A DNA stretch of 64,000 nt, taken from contig CM119271.1 of the NCBI GenBank assembly GCA_051294375.1, forward strand, positions 10,477,811-10,541,810, read 5' to 3'. The notes beneath the pieces were generated by a model that did not search any database, was not told the DNA's origin, and saw only the letters and a list, made by a program, of their open reading frames with translations. Positions 25,571 to 38,419 of this stretch are shown in pieces (position 1 is the first letter of the stretch; every line of letters begins with the position of its first letter). This DNA comes from Paraspadella gotoi (lineage: Eukaryota; Animalia; Chaetognatha). The translations under genes were made by a program, and so were the position numbers.

Positions 25571-28500
25571 TCTTTTTTGTCTTATTTGAAACAGGAGCTA
25601 AACTAATACTGAGTGACATAAAAGTAAAAACAACTCTGACACGCTTTGCTAAACATACAACTCATGCAATTTGCATCAATTGCCTACTCGATACAACCAA
25701 AATATCCATTTAAGTATAAAAATAGTGTGAATAAATAAGAAAAGGGAAAAATGCATGTATATCTTTCTCTTACCTTGTCCCTCCCACTCAAGACCGAATC
25801 TGAAGCTAAGGTGATGATAAATCTTTGTCTGTAACTAACAAATCAATGGTTTTTTTCGCTTTTCTACTTTTTATCTTCGAAATTACCCAATCACGCAATA
25901 CGGTCCCCCCGCGATAAAAATCAAGAATCACCTTTTTTTTTTTACGCTCGAGTGCCGTTTGCTTTTTTTTTTATTGTCAAATTTAGCAACTGTTTTGGTT
26001 TTTTCGTGATCCGTTAACTTGGGCACGTATCCCCGTCATCCTTAACGTTCATATAACCTCAATGCCGTCTCGCGGAAAAAAAAAAAGAAAAACAAACGAA
26101 ATTAGTTGAGGGAAGATTCAAGGATCAAAGTCGATAGATGAAACGCCGCGAGGGACGGGTTTTTCTCCGTGTGTGAGGGAGAGAAAGTTTTCTCTCTCTC
26201 TCTTCAGCTCTATCTTGCTCCCTCCCACCCCCCCCCTCCTTGACTGCCTCGTGTTCCGGGCCTCCAACTCTAAAAGTCGTAAAATCTGATGCTCGTAAAT
26301 GAGGATCCGTTCCGCTCCGCGCGGATCGCCAGGATTTCGAGAAGATCGAGAAACCGGGGGGGGGGGAAGAAACCACCTCGATCGATCGAATCCAATCGCG
26401 AGAATTTCGCTTCGACTTTAACAATTCATGACTATTGGCCAAGGTGGTCACTGGTTAATGAAATTCCTTTGCCCTCTTCTCTCAGTAATTGCCGAAACCT
26501 TTTAACGGCTGTCCAAACTTTGACGTTGCTGCCTTGTTCCAGCATTTTATTCAGATGAGGCTTTTAAGCGGTCTTTTTCAAGTCAAAGATGAATAAAACC
26601 ATAACGCGCATTGTGAAATGTGGATTTTATGGTGAATATTTGGCGATTGTCTTTTTAGCCTCATGTTCCCCCCCCCCGTCCCACATCGCCCTGATTTATT
26701 CGTCTCCCCACCTCTGCCCTTTTCGCTTCTCCTGTTCCGCTTTTTCGGCCTTGAAATTCAAACTTGCTCCATGTGGCCCGAAGCTTTGTTTTTCGCTTCT
26801 TTAGTTCGAAGAAATTTCCGTTAGCGTTGGGTGCTTGAGAGTGGAATCGCGCCTTTAACGAAAAGGCGGAACATGCGCTTCGACGATGGCTTCAAATAAC
26901 GATTACTCGTAGAGATAGAATAACGATGAAGTGAAGATTGGTCGCCTTTAAGATTTCAAGCTCCCGCAACGCGCCATGTCTTATCCACCCGACCCACAAA
27001 CTTTTAATGCTAACCTAATCTTTTCTATTTCTCCAGAGGACGGAGCGTCTGCCCAAAGATGTGAAGCCTCTGGCGGAGAGCGATTGCGAACTCTTCGCCC
27101 GCGACCTCACGCAGAGATTGGAGAAGGTTCTTGAAAAGCAGGTAAGGAGGGAAGAGGAGAGGGGTCCCGATCACAGTTAAGGTGAAACGTGTCCTTACTC
27201 TTTCCTCGTGCTTCCCAGATGAAAGAGGAAAAGCTGCAAGAGTCTCTTCGACTTTTGAGCGTCAACGAGAATCAAGAGCAGCACTCGAAGCAGCCCGTCG
27301 AGGAGCATCCGGCGCCGCCGCCCGTGCCGCGGAAGACCGGAGTTCCCTCGGCGCCGCCCGGGCCAGGCGTCGCTAATTCTCTCAAGGTGAGGGAGCGTCG
27401 TTAATTATTTACCATTTGGATGGAGGAATTAACAATAAGTTAATTGCGAATTTTAGGGATTAATCTTCACGACGCTCTTGGCTCCGCGCGGCGAAGGCGG
27501 AGGCGTTGACGACGAAGCTCAAGCTATCCTCGACGAGCACGTTTCCAAATGGGACAGATCGGGTCACCACACGCCGAGGTAAGATTAAAAAAAAAAATCC
27601 AACCCCCCCAAAAAAACAAAAAACTGGACGTTTTGACATTTTGCTCAACTCTTTTCCCTCAGCCGAACGCGCTCTCCGCCCAACGGACGCAAAGGCGCCC
27701 AAGCCGGCGCCGCCTTCAACGCGCCGCCTCGGCATCGACGGCACAAGGGCGGCGCCATGTCGTCGTCGTCATTCGACGCCGGTTCCACCGACACCGCCTC
27801 CCTCGTTTCCAAAGACTCGGGCGTCTCGCGCGACTACCTCATCCAATACCAAGGGCAGAATAAGGACCACGGCGTCGACGGTGAGAGAGAGAGAGAGAGA
27901 GAAAATATCAACGAATCTCCAAGTGATACCGAGAGGCTCAGTGATGACCGAAAGGAGTCTGCAGTCCTGTTGCCTTTTCGAACCCACCTACTTCGTACTT
28001 TAAAAAAATTACATTTTATTTTTATATCTTTGATTAGTAATTTTCCCCATTATTTTCTGCAGTCGGCAAAACGGGTTTCCACCATCTCCACCCCGGCCAC
28101 CCCCTCGCCTTCTACAAGAATCCTCCGGTCAGGTTTGGAGAAAATCGACGCGCGAAACGTCGCCCGCTTTCAGGTTTGAGATCCCCGATAGATAGCGTCT
28201 CCGCAGCGCACGAGATATGATATGGCAACAGCNNNNNNNNNNCCCCGATAGATAGCGTGTCCGCAGCGCAAGAGATATGCTATGGCAACAGCCGGGTTGC
28301 CTGTGATGCCCATTGGGATGGGGGCATCTCACTGTTGGCTTTGGGGGCTTCCGACCCTCAGTGACGCCTCCGGTCACTGGCGCGGTTACCCTAGGACGGT
28401 CTCGCTTTGCCAACGCAGAGGGAAGTCGTTAGGACTGTGGATGGAACACTACGCCTGGGATGGTGTGTTCCCCCTCTGAGCCAATGGATTTGGCTGAAGG

Positions 28501-31195
28501 ATGGTGGACGTGAGGCGGTGTGAATATACAGCCACAATGCTTAATTAAATTCCCGTTCCGCTCCCCTTTTCAGATCCCACGATCCCAACGCGGGTCAAAT
28601 CCCCGGCGGACCCGCCCCCACCTCCGCTTCTACCTTCGCTCGATCCAAGTCTCGCATGACGGTCCACTCCACCGACGCCGGAAGCTCCTGCGTCGATTCG
28701 GGCGTCTCCGGCGTCTACGTGGGCGGTGCGTCGGCGACGTCCGCGTCCGAGGGTCAAGCGAAGCCGCTGCCCTTTAGCGAGAAGGTCATCGCCTGGATGC
28801 AGGACAACGAAAACTTTTCCGACTTAAAGAAGAGCGGGAGTTCGTACGAGGCGAGTTGTTTTGTTATGAACGTTGTTTTGTTGTGAGTTTTATTTTTACT
28901 GTGATTGTTGTTTTTGTTTCTAAACTTCTCGAATTCTATTAAGTTTAATTGCTCGCGACATATGGCAATATCCAAAATATACGTAGATAATTAATAACTC
29001 TTACTTAAACCTAATCTTTCAGGCCTCGGAAGGTCGCTCGTCCTCGGCGCGGAATCGGAGCGACCGCGGCAATGGGGACCGCGCCTCCGTCTCGCACAAA
29101 TCCATGTCAGGAGGTCAGGGATCGCAGAGTCCCGCGCTCCACCGAACAGACAGGTGAGATCTCTCGAAGAGAGAAAAAGAATATATTCCTTTAAAAAAAA
29201 AAATTTGGTCTTGGCTTGCCATAAAAATGGATTTAAAAAATTTTAATTTGAATTTGTATTAAATCTTAAATTTTTTCTTCAATTTTTACGGCAAACCAAG
29301 ACCAAAAAACTAATGATTTTTTAAACTACAATCCTTGCCAAAATGATCAATCTGAAAAAGTACAGAACATAAGCCTCTTGTCGTTTGTTTGTTTTAACTT
29401 TTCTCTCTTTTTTCTTTAAATCTTTTCTTTTTAACGCAAAGCTGGAACGGATGGTCCGTCGGGATGATGGGTGGATGGTAGGCATTTCTTATTCTTTCCG
29501 GTTCTGTTTTCCGTTGCTAAGTTTTCGTCCTTAAAAAAAAATAATCAATCGTATTAGCTATGGAAAAAAAAAGAAGAAATTTTCAGATCATGCTTGGCAA
29601 ATTCGTTGGGCTTTTTTTTTTTTGTCTATTTTCCGTAATTCTGTAAATTGATCGACAGCGAATGAATCCAGCGCGTTTGGTGCATCCCGATTCGTCTTCC
29701 TACGGAATTAGTAATCGTATCGTTTTTCGCTCACCATCGTTTTCTCTTCTTTTTTTTCCTAAGGCCGAACAAGCGCGCCGTGGCGGCCGTGGCGCCGACG
29801 ATGCCGGCCGTCGGCGTCGGGTCCGGAGCCAATCACCCGACGTCTTATCATCACTTCGGTCCGCCGGGAACGCCGCTCGCCTCCAACTCTGTCTGGCCAG
29901 TCATTCCCAACGCTGCCGAAATGCACAGGTTGGTGGAGAGAGAGATAGAGAGACAGACACTCACGTACACACACTCACACAGACACTTAGACAGAGAGAC
30001 ATTTGCATCTCTTCCATTCTCTTCACAGATCTGGCAGCGGCGTCGGAACTCGTCAAGGTTCGGGCGCGGCGTCGCTCATCAGCGAAAAGCCCTCCAAAAA
30101 ATCTCCCTCTTCCGCCGGCGCCTCTTTGCCAATGAGCGCGGGCGCGCATCACGGCGTTCATCCCGGCGTCGCGCAACATCTCGGCGTTCATCCAGGGTCC
30201 AACAATCCTTCGTTGACGAATTCTCTTTCCGGTAGGCCAGGAAGTGATTGAGATAATAAGTCTAATATCCCTTGTTAATAATAAGAAATGAGAAACTGAG
30301 GAAGTGATTGAGATAATAAGTCTAATATCCCTTGTTAATAATAAGAAATGAGAAACTCTCGTGGATTTATCAAAGACTGAATTCAATTAACTTATTATTA
30401 TTAAAAATTATTCGTGAATTTCATTCGAGCTTTCGTTTTATACCTGTCGAACATTGATGGTCTTAATATAAGGCGTAATTATGTAATAGTCATTTCCTTT
30501 TACATATTTTAACCATTGTCGCTTTTCATCTCCCTCTTTTCAGGTCCCGGAGCTTTCACGGGCAGTTCGACCTCTTCGGACGTCGGCGGCTCCCAGTCTT
30601 CCTCTACGATCTGCGGCTACTACTTTTGCGGCGAACCCATTCCATACAGAGTCTCCATCCCCAGCAAAAACCCTACCCTCGCCCAGTTCAAAGCTTTGCT
30701 CACCAAGAGAGGCAACTTCAGGTGAGTTCGATAATTTTTACTTTTTTTTTCTCATCTCATTTTTTACCCGTTATCTGCCATTTTGTTTTTTCGATCTTAC
30801 CACAGATAATTTGCTTTTTGAGACCATGATCCATGACCAAAATACTAGACAGAACTGAATGAATTTTTATATTCAACCGCTGAGCCGAGATATAGCACCC
30901 TCGGGGGATTATAACTGTTAACTGGTACAAAATTGTATCGAATTTGGAGCAATTTGATCGTAACCGATTCTGGTCACAAAAAAGCGCGACATCTTTTTTC
31001 AAATAAGAAGCCTTTTGTATTCCGAATCTTTAATCCCCGATTTCCTCCAAACCCTTTTTTTCCCCCAGATTCTTCTTCAAGAAGTCTTCGGACGAGTTCG
31101 ACAGCGGCGTCGTCTTCACCGAAGTCTCCGACGATTCCTCGCCTCTTCCCTTTTGGGAAGGGAAGATCGTCGGAAAGGTGGAGCGTCTCGACTGA
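20001..31195 (+). CDS. Axin: Axin (Wnt destruction-complex scaffold), multi-exon; start codon uncertain
   Basis: Tankyrase motif PRPPVPGEE (20055-20081); [10 protein letters not shown]; RGS domain [12 protein letters not shown]...AFLKSDLY; YLPTLHE; [20 protein letters not shown]; GSK3 helix [24 protein letters not shown]; beta-catenin site AQAILDEH; DIX domain [11 protein letters not shown]...[41 protein letters not shown]. Confidence 0.95.
20485..21145. mobile_element. Non-autonomous Tc1/mariner-type MITE in an Axin intron
   Basis: ~46-bp near-perfect TIRs (CAGAAGGCTTCATATTATAAAATGAGGTACCC..TTTTGTGAYCAGAA) with TA duplication at 20483-84 and 21146-47; no coding capacity. Confidence 0.9.
24677..24733. 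repeat. Dispersed repeat segment, second copy at ~45800-45847
   Basis: gcgaggtggaccgatatagaattaatattccataaag.aattaaaaat occurs at both sites; the 45750-45813 copy is also inverted (cggtccacctcgc...gcgaggtggaccg). Confidence 0.75.
29204..29306. mobile_element. Small MITE-like foldback element
   Basis: 25-bp imperfect TIRs: tttggtcttggcttgccataaaaat and atttttacggcaaaccaagaccaaa. Confidence 0.6.
30240..30357. repeat. Perfect 60-bp tandem duplication in an Axin intron
   Basis: gaagtgattgagataataagtctaatatcccttgttaataataagaaatgagaaact repeats with a 60-bp period. Confidence 0.95.
30864..30985. mobile_element. Decayed fragment related to the 20485-21145 MITE
   Basis: Shares ttttatattcaacc.ctga...gagata and ttctggtcacaaaaaa with that element. 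Confidence 0.55.
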
Positions 31196-32929
31196 AGAGA
31201 AGATTGAGGAAGCCGCGGCGGCGTCAGCGAGGAAGTCGGAGGAAGAGGAAGGGGTGGGAAGTTCCTCGCCGCGGATGGAGACTGCGAAGAGAGTCTTCGA
31301 AGTCGGAGAGAATTTATTCCCTCCCCCCTTCACTTTCGGCCCCACTTTCTTTGTAATAACATGTCGGTCACTCGCGATTAAGAGCTTATCCTTTTCTTTT
31401 ACCCCTCCCCTCCTAAGTTTTTAGCTAAATGTTTAATTTTAGGAATGTTATTTATATTTAGTATGCCTCCTATTAGATCAGCGATGGCGGAGATTTCGTT
31501 CGTTTAATTCATTCCAGGGTTAGAAGATTATTATGGCCACGAAAACAATGAGGGGCGTATTTTATTTCTTGTCAAGGTCTTGAGGGGGGGCGGGTATTTT
31601 TCCGGAATTATCTTATTTTTGGTTAAAATTTTTTGAACAATTTTTTTAAACATTTCTCGTTAAACAAGCAATTTCTCTGTTAAAGGTTTAAAAAAAAATT
31701 GTTTTCGGTTAAGCCCCTGAAATGCGTTTTTGAAAAAGTCAGTTTCTAGTTTTCGATCCATACATACTGAATAGGGCAGTATAAGACTTAAAATTAGTTA
31801 TGTCGAGCTTTGTTCTCGTGGAGTCGGACCTCACGACGCTCTTCTGTTTTTAGCGAATAAATAGCATACGAGTTGCATTCGAGTTTCCTTTTATGATTCG
31901 CCTCATTTTCAGCTCGATTAATAGTTTTCGAAAACGTTTATTGTGCCATTCGAAAAAAAAAGGTCGTTTCATCATGTTCATTTAGATCCGTATAATCATA
32001 GCTCCGTCACTCAAGCAAAAAAAAAATGAAAACAAAGAATATCTGCAACCTCTGTTGTTTAGTTAATTTCAACTAATTCGCTTTATTTATCCTGAAACTC
32101 TGGGATTTTTTTTTTCATTTTTTATCAATCTCACCCGATAACTTCCGATGGCAAAAAGGTTTTTTTTTGTTTTTTTTTTTTTACAAATTTCTCAATATTA
32201 CTGCAATGCGAATTTTGAAGAAAAAAAAACCGCATTGAAGAAGTTGCCAGTTTCATTGTTGCCTCGTTAACAATCGCCTTTCACACCGTTCACCATTTCA
32301 TACATTTTTTTTTATCAGTGAGAATTCATTTTTTTTTTTCGATTTGAATAACGCCAACGTCTCTTCAATTGTTTTAGGGTCTGCGAGGGCTTTTTATCGT
32401 TCCATCGCGCGTTCGTGAAGGAAGTCTTAAAATGATTCGCGTTGCAGTTTAAAATTAAGATCTTAACTTTTCCCATCGCTTCCTTCTCGACCCCGCCCAC
32501 GGAAAGACCCCTTTTTTGCCCCTTGACAACCGGAAGAGATTAAACTACCTTACCAAAGGGTCAGGTACAAGACGAATGCAATCATGTAAATATCGTTACA
32601 TTCTTTTTTATAAAGTCTCTTTTTTTTCTCTATTCGAGTTCCCACGCTCGGTCCCGTTTTTTTTTAGGCGGAATTACGATTAGTCTTCTGTTTCCGCATT
32701 GTGTTTTTTTTGTATAATGTCTTTTGTTTTTTATAAAGTGGCCTTTTGTTTCTTACTCTCTTTAGTCTTTATATCCAGAGATTCTTTTTCGTGTTTTGTC
32801 AGAAAGTAAATTCGATCGTTTGTTGTAATGTAAGTTGGAGTCTAGACTCTAGATATATTATCCCTCGTATTTAATCTTTGACTTTAGGATGATTTTCTGA
32901 CACAATCTTTGCCGCTTCTTCCATGTGGG

Positions 32930-32935
32930 AATAAA
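32930..32935 (+). promoter_or_regulatory. Candidate Axin polyadenylation signal (3' UTR ~1.7 kb)
   Basis: AATAAA followed by a T-rich downstream tract; an earlier AATAAA at ~31856 is an alternative. Confidence 0.4.
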
Positions 32936-34276
32936 ATATTTTTTTTTATTATTATTACTGTCTTTGATACGATAATTTTTTATTGTTTGCATTGTTTAAT
33001 CATTGCAATTAAAAACTATTTACAGTTTTTTGTTTCGTTTTTCTTTTTTTTTTTTTCGTCGAGGCTGGAAAGTTTACTTAGTTTAAAGTTAGTTAGTTAG
33101 TTTACTTAGTTACTTACGGAAGATTGACTTACGCCAGAAGATATAAACCTAGAAAAGAAATTAATTTGCGAAACTCAAAGCTATTGGCGGTCAAACGCGA
33201 TGGTATTGCCTCATCATTGTGAGAATATCATTTTGTCTATGTCCGCCTTATAGGACCAGGAAAAACCTAAATAGGATACGATCTTTAAGGAGGAAAAATT
33301 AACAAGGGAAGAAACTTGGGACTGAATTAACTCGACTATGACGAGAGTGTGTCTTCATTGAAATCATGCCAGTTAGAGGGATGGATGCCTTCACCATTCT
33401 TAGCCTGTCCAATGGCCAGTGTCCAATTGTCCAAAGACTGGGAGCATATTAGCTTTTTTATTGAATAAATAACGAATTTTTATCTACGTTGCCAACGAAG
33501 GCCAAAGCGATTAATGCAATATTAATTACACTTTATAAAAAAGTGTTTTGTCGACGTGCCTTAGTCGGTAATATCGATAGTTAATTAGTTATGGTTCCGC
33601 GTAACAAACGTTGCATTTAGGAAAAAAACGACTCTTTCCACTATTGTTCAGTTGTTACTTACAATGTTGATTACTTTGTACCACACACAAATTAGGCCGA
33701 ACGAAGGATTGGTTAAAAACATCTCCACCATTTCTAATGATAAATAGTACCATTTTGGCAATTTTTAGCCAAAAAAATTATGTCCATTTTTGTCCATTTT
33801 TACTTACGACTTCTGATTTGAATGCCAAGGAAAGTTGAGAAAAATTTTTTACTTTGGAAATCCGTTCTTTCTTATCTTCTTTACCTCTGGGTAAATTTAT
33901 TAGCTTAAATCATTTATAGTTTGCCTATAAATTAATTTTAAAGTTAACAAGTCAAAAAGTTGGAGTTTCAGTCTTTATCATAATTTGTTAAACAAAAATA
34001 AATCAAATTGGTTGAAATTAACAGAAAATGTAGCCTATTGAATAAGCTTTTAACACCTATAAAATTATCAAAAAACTTTTCTGGTTTAGCCACAAATAAT
34101 TTTTAAAGACGTCTTTTAATTTGTGACTTTTTGTGACTTGCATTTATTTTTGATAAAGAGAATATTTTCAACTCATTTATTAGTTTTAAAAGATGAGGTA
34201 CATACTGACCTTGATTAATCAAAAAAAACCGCATCCTTTTAATCCACTGGAAAGCATCAGGACTTGTTTTTTCTCA

Positions 34277-34323
34277 AAATCGACAGATTTTGCGGAAAAA
34301 TTTTCCGCAAAATCTGTCGATTT
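34277..34323. repeat. Perfect palindrome, 23-bp arms with 1-nt spacer
   Basis: aaatcgacagattttgcggaaaa-a-ttttccgcaaaatctgtcgattt. Confidence 0.95.
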
Positions 34324-35994
34324 ACTAAATTTGCTAGGCAACCAAAATTGAAAGAAAAATCATGCGCTACCATTCATTTTCTTTCTTATAATGCTTATTA
34401 AAGAATTTCTTGATTTGGCTCAATGTAAATGTAGTGACAGTGAAGACGAAAGGGAAAACTATAAAAGAGAAGGGGAGAGAATGAAAGAGAGGGTGAGAGG
34501 CAAAAAACGAAGGCAAATGGGGAAAAAATAGTGAAACAATTGTAAGGTAAGAAAGGAGGGGAAAATTGAAAGAAAAAAGAGGGGAAAAAAGGGAAAGAAT
34601 GAAAATGAGAAAAAAGGTGAGGAAAGTGCATGAGTGACCGAAAAAGGTAGGGGCCAAAAAAATGGTAAGTGACAGCGTGAGAAGTAAGGGAGGAAAGAGG
34701 AAGAGGAAAATATAAAGTAAGAGAAGAAAAGAGGTGAAGAAAAATTATCAGGAAAAGCGTATGAAAGAAAAAAAATTGTATCAGATAATGTGGCGTCTTA
34801 CCTAAAATCTTTTGTGTAAGTAAAAGACATGAGGATTCTTATAAGGAATTCGATCTTTAAAAATCATCTGTACCATAAAAATTCAAGCATACTTTTTTCT
34901 AAAATTAAGGGGACCCAGTGATAAAAATGATATCATAAGCTTAAGGGTCTATCATTAAAGGAATTCGAATGGTAATAGTCATTAATTTTTCTTTCGCGCG
35001 GGAAAGTGGAGAAAAAATTGCCATCTCTTGTTGCAATTCGAACAAGGACGAGATAATTATTGGGAAAATTTTTCATTGATCTCCCTAAATACTGATACCC
35101 TCCATTCTCTTACTTTCACTTGGGAAGTCATTTTTCCATAATTTTCGATTTTTATTTTTTAAATGCAGAAAGCTGAAATCTTGCGTCTGGGCCTCCTTTA
35201 ATAAAGGAATTTTAATGGTGGTATTACATTTTTCATATGTGCACAGGAAAATACAGAAAAAAAAACCAAATCCTTCTTAAAATTCGAACAAGGATATCAT
35301 TTCATTTGGTCAACATTTGTCATGACCCCTGTAATACCTTTCCGGTTTCTTTGACTCTTGTTCATAACAGATTAAATGTTAGGAGAGATAAAGAGCGCAT
35401 CCCTTCTTCTCATACTTGTACTAATGTTAGAGGTTATATTTTGATCAAATTAATGATTTGACTTAAAAAGAAACCTGAATTAAAATTTTACCATACCATA
35501 ATTTTTTAACAATTCCCGATTTTTTTAAATTTTTTTATTTTTTGAGGAAAAAATAATAATCAGCGTACGAGGTGGCCGAGACGGAAAGTGATGAACTCAA
35601 CATCGTACGGAAAAGACTGGACTAATTCCAACAATAAATATGGCTATTTTGACCCTGAAATCCTATTATAAAGTTAGTAAACAATGAATGAATAACATTT
35701 AATTCTTATCCAATTTTTTAAATAGAAAAACCACTACGGTACTACGGTACTTTGACGTCTTCGTCGATGTATTCGTCGTTGTATTCATCATCGTCGTGGT
35801 CTTTGTTCGAATCATTTGAGCTCCCAAAAGCTAACCAGCAAGATACGTTTGCAAGGCTGTTGAATTTGAAAATTGAATTGATAATAAAATTGAAATGGCA
35901 TATTAATTTTATCATAATTTTATCTTTTCTTTCTCTCTCATCTCTATCTCACTCGTTTTAAACGTGTTCGTCTCCGCCATCTTTTTCGTCGTCG

Positions 35995-36360
35995 TCTTCG
36001 CCGTCGCTTTCCTCTTTGTCGTTTTCGTCTTCTTTGTCTTTTCGTCATCGTTTTTGTCTTCCTCTTCGCCGACGCTTTCCTCTTTGTCGTTTTCGTCTTC
36101 TTTGTCTTTTCGTCATCGTTTTTGTCTTCCTCTTCGCCGTCGCTTTCCTCTTTGTCGTTTTCGTCTTCTTTGTCTTTTCGTCATCGTTTTTGTCTTCCTC
36201 TTCGCCGTCGTTTTCCTCTTTGTCGTTGTTTTTGTCTTCTTTGTCTTTTCGTCGTCATTTTTGTCTTCCTCTTCGCCGTCGTTTTCCTCTTTGTCGTTGT
36301 TTTCGTCTTCTTTGTCTTTTCGTCGTCGTTTTTGTCTTCCTCTTCGCCGTCGTTTTCGTC
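35995..36360. repeat. Minisatellite, ~5 units of 68-71 bp (GTC/TTC-rich)
   Basis: Unit starts tcttcgcc at 35995, 36063, 36131, 36199, 36270 and 36341. Confidence 0.9.
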
Positions 36361-36777
36361 GTCAAATCATTTCGAGAAATTTCGATAGTGAGAAAGAAGA
36401 GAATCCTCCTCTCCGTCGGCGAGGTAAGTTCGCGGCTAAGTCGCGGATGGACCAATCTAGATATGTCGCTCCGCGCTTAGAAAAAATCCGAAGGAACGAA
36501 GCGGTTTCAGATAATTTTGGTTCCTAGGAATTTTTTTACCAGTAGCGCCGTAAATATTACAAAAACCATGGATGATTTCTGAAAACTGCAGTGTTTGGGC
36601 TATCTAACGCACCCGGAACAAAGAAAATCCATAAAGGTTTTTGACTAAAAAATACTGAAAATAAACACGGCGTATAGTCTGATCTTTTTAATTTTTTTTT
36701 ATTTTGCGGTATTTACTGTATAAGCCAAATAAATATACAGCGTCATGCACTGATTCCGATTCTGTTGGGTTAAGCCT

Positions 36778-36844
<67 letters not shown>

Positions 36845-36849
<5 letters not shown>

Positions 36850-37490
36850 AGCCGGATCTGCTTATCAGCAGATTCCGGCTCTATAATTCACTTGGTAGGT
36901 CTGTCGGTCGCCACCCATTATCTTGTCGGTAAGTCACTTATATCATCTTAGAACATCGAATTATAGAAAATTAATTCCAAAAAAATGATGTATGTCCGTC
37001 CCTCCGTCTGTCCGTCCGTCCCCCCTTAGCTTTGAATGCCAATTACTCATGTGTGTATGGGGCGATTGACTGGAAATTTTGTGTGTGTGTAAAGAAGTGT
37101 GTGATTAAGCAGGAATTAAAGTTTCGATGAAATCGTCCTCGTGGAAGTGAGTTTAATAAATCAATCAATTAATTAATCAATTAATCAATTAATTAATCAA
37201 TTAACTTATTAATCTATCAATTGATTTATCAATCAATAAAAAATGATTAAATAATATTCTAATTAAATAATTAATCAATCATTCAATTAATCATCGTGAT
37301 GTATTGTCGTCGTCGTCATCATCGTCGTCGTTGCTTTTGTCGTGCTCAGTGATCTGACGAACAGAAGTAAAAACAATTAAATAAATAATTATTAATTAAT
37401 TAATTAATGTGTAATTAAATAATCTTTAAACTAATTAATTACCGCTAATAATCGTAGGCAGATACGCCGTATTGTTTGCTCAAACTTGTT
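36845..37490 (+). mobile_element. DINE-1/HINE-like (Helentron-associated) element, copy A
   Basis: 5' hairpin gccggatctgc..gcagattccggc, (GTCC/GTCT)n microsatellite, a core shared with 39975-40330 and an end ...gcagat.cg...attgtttgctcaaacttgtt shared with ~40471-40509. Confidence 0.6.
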
Positions 37491-37689
37491 TCTTTCTTTT
37501 TTGCTTTATTCTTCATATCTTTGTTTCTTTCTTTCTTTCTTTCCTTCTTTCTTTCTTTCTTTCTTTGGTTCGTTTTTTTTTCTTTTTTCTTTCTTTCTTT
37601 TTTTTTCCTTTTTTTCTTTCTTTTTTTTCTTCTATCTTTCTTTTTTTTTTTCTTTGGATTGCTGAACTGTTCGTTTCAGTTCATGATCT

Positions 37690-38090
37690 TCGCCTTCGTT
37701 TTCGTCTTTGTTTTCGCCTTCGCTTTTATCGTCTTCTTCGTCGGTGTCGTCGTTCGTCTTTGTTGTCGTTTTCGTCGTTGTTGTTGTCGTTTTCGTCGTC
37801 TTTTTCGTCGTTGTTGTTGTCGTCTTCTTCAATGTCGTTTTTGTCGTTTTCATTTTTGTCGTCGTCTTTGTTGTCGTCTTCATCATTGATGTTGTCGTCG
37901 TCTTTGTTGTCGTTTTTGTTGTCGTCTTCGTCGTTGTTGTCGTCATTGTTGTTATCGTTTTCGTTGTCATCTTTGTCGTTGTCGTCGTCTTCATCGTCTG
38001 TTTTTGCTTTCATCATCGTTTTTGTTTTTGTTGTTGTTGTTATCGTCTTTGTTATCATTTTCGTCGACGTCTTCGTCGTTGTGGTCTTTT
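37690..38090. repeat. (GTC/GTT/TTC) low-complexity tract
   Basis: Direct reading; it produces spurious poly-S/V/T/D ORFs. Confidence 0.85.
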
Positions 38091-38419
38091 CATTGTCAAT
38101 TTTTCTATTGGTTTCGTTACCTCGATTGTCGGATTTCAAGAATTAATCTTTAGTGTAAGTTGGGAAACAAAAAAGAAATTTTATACCATCTTTACGTGAA
38201 AAAAAAAATCGAAACTTTGAAAAGAATTTTCCCCTTACCGAATTTTTAAACAAAAATCGGGGGAGCTTACAACATCGAAATTTTTTGACCACTTTCCCAT
38301 TGGACTAGAGAAGAAAGAATTACATATTTGGAATCGGGAGTTGAAGGACCAAACGTTATGATATCAGCCTTTGACCCCCTCGATCACTGGGTTCCCTTAA
38401 GCAGTTAATGAGATTAGAT

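Larger units (their letters stand above)
34909..38396. mobile_element. Putative non-autonomous Kolobok-like DNA transposon with nested repeats
   Basis: Ends TTAA|GGGGACCCAGTGAT and ATCACTGGGTTCCC|TTAA (13/14 TIR match), a shared subterminal TGATATCATAA, and GG..CC termini with TTAA duplication. Confidence 0.55.

Noticed and set aside
28183-28292. Apparent ~50-bp tandem repeat around a 10-N gap
   Set aside because: Two near-identical copies flanking a scaffold gap are most likely unmerged contig or haplotype overlap.
35964-38199. Long hydrophobic, Ser-rich or acidic ORFs on both strands
   Set aside because: Produced by a minisatellite whose 68/71-bp period is not a multiple of 3 and by GTC low-complexity DNA.
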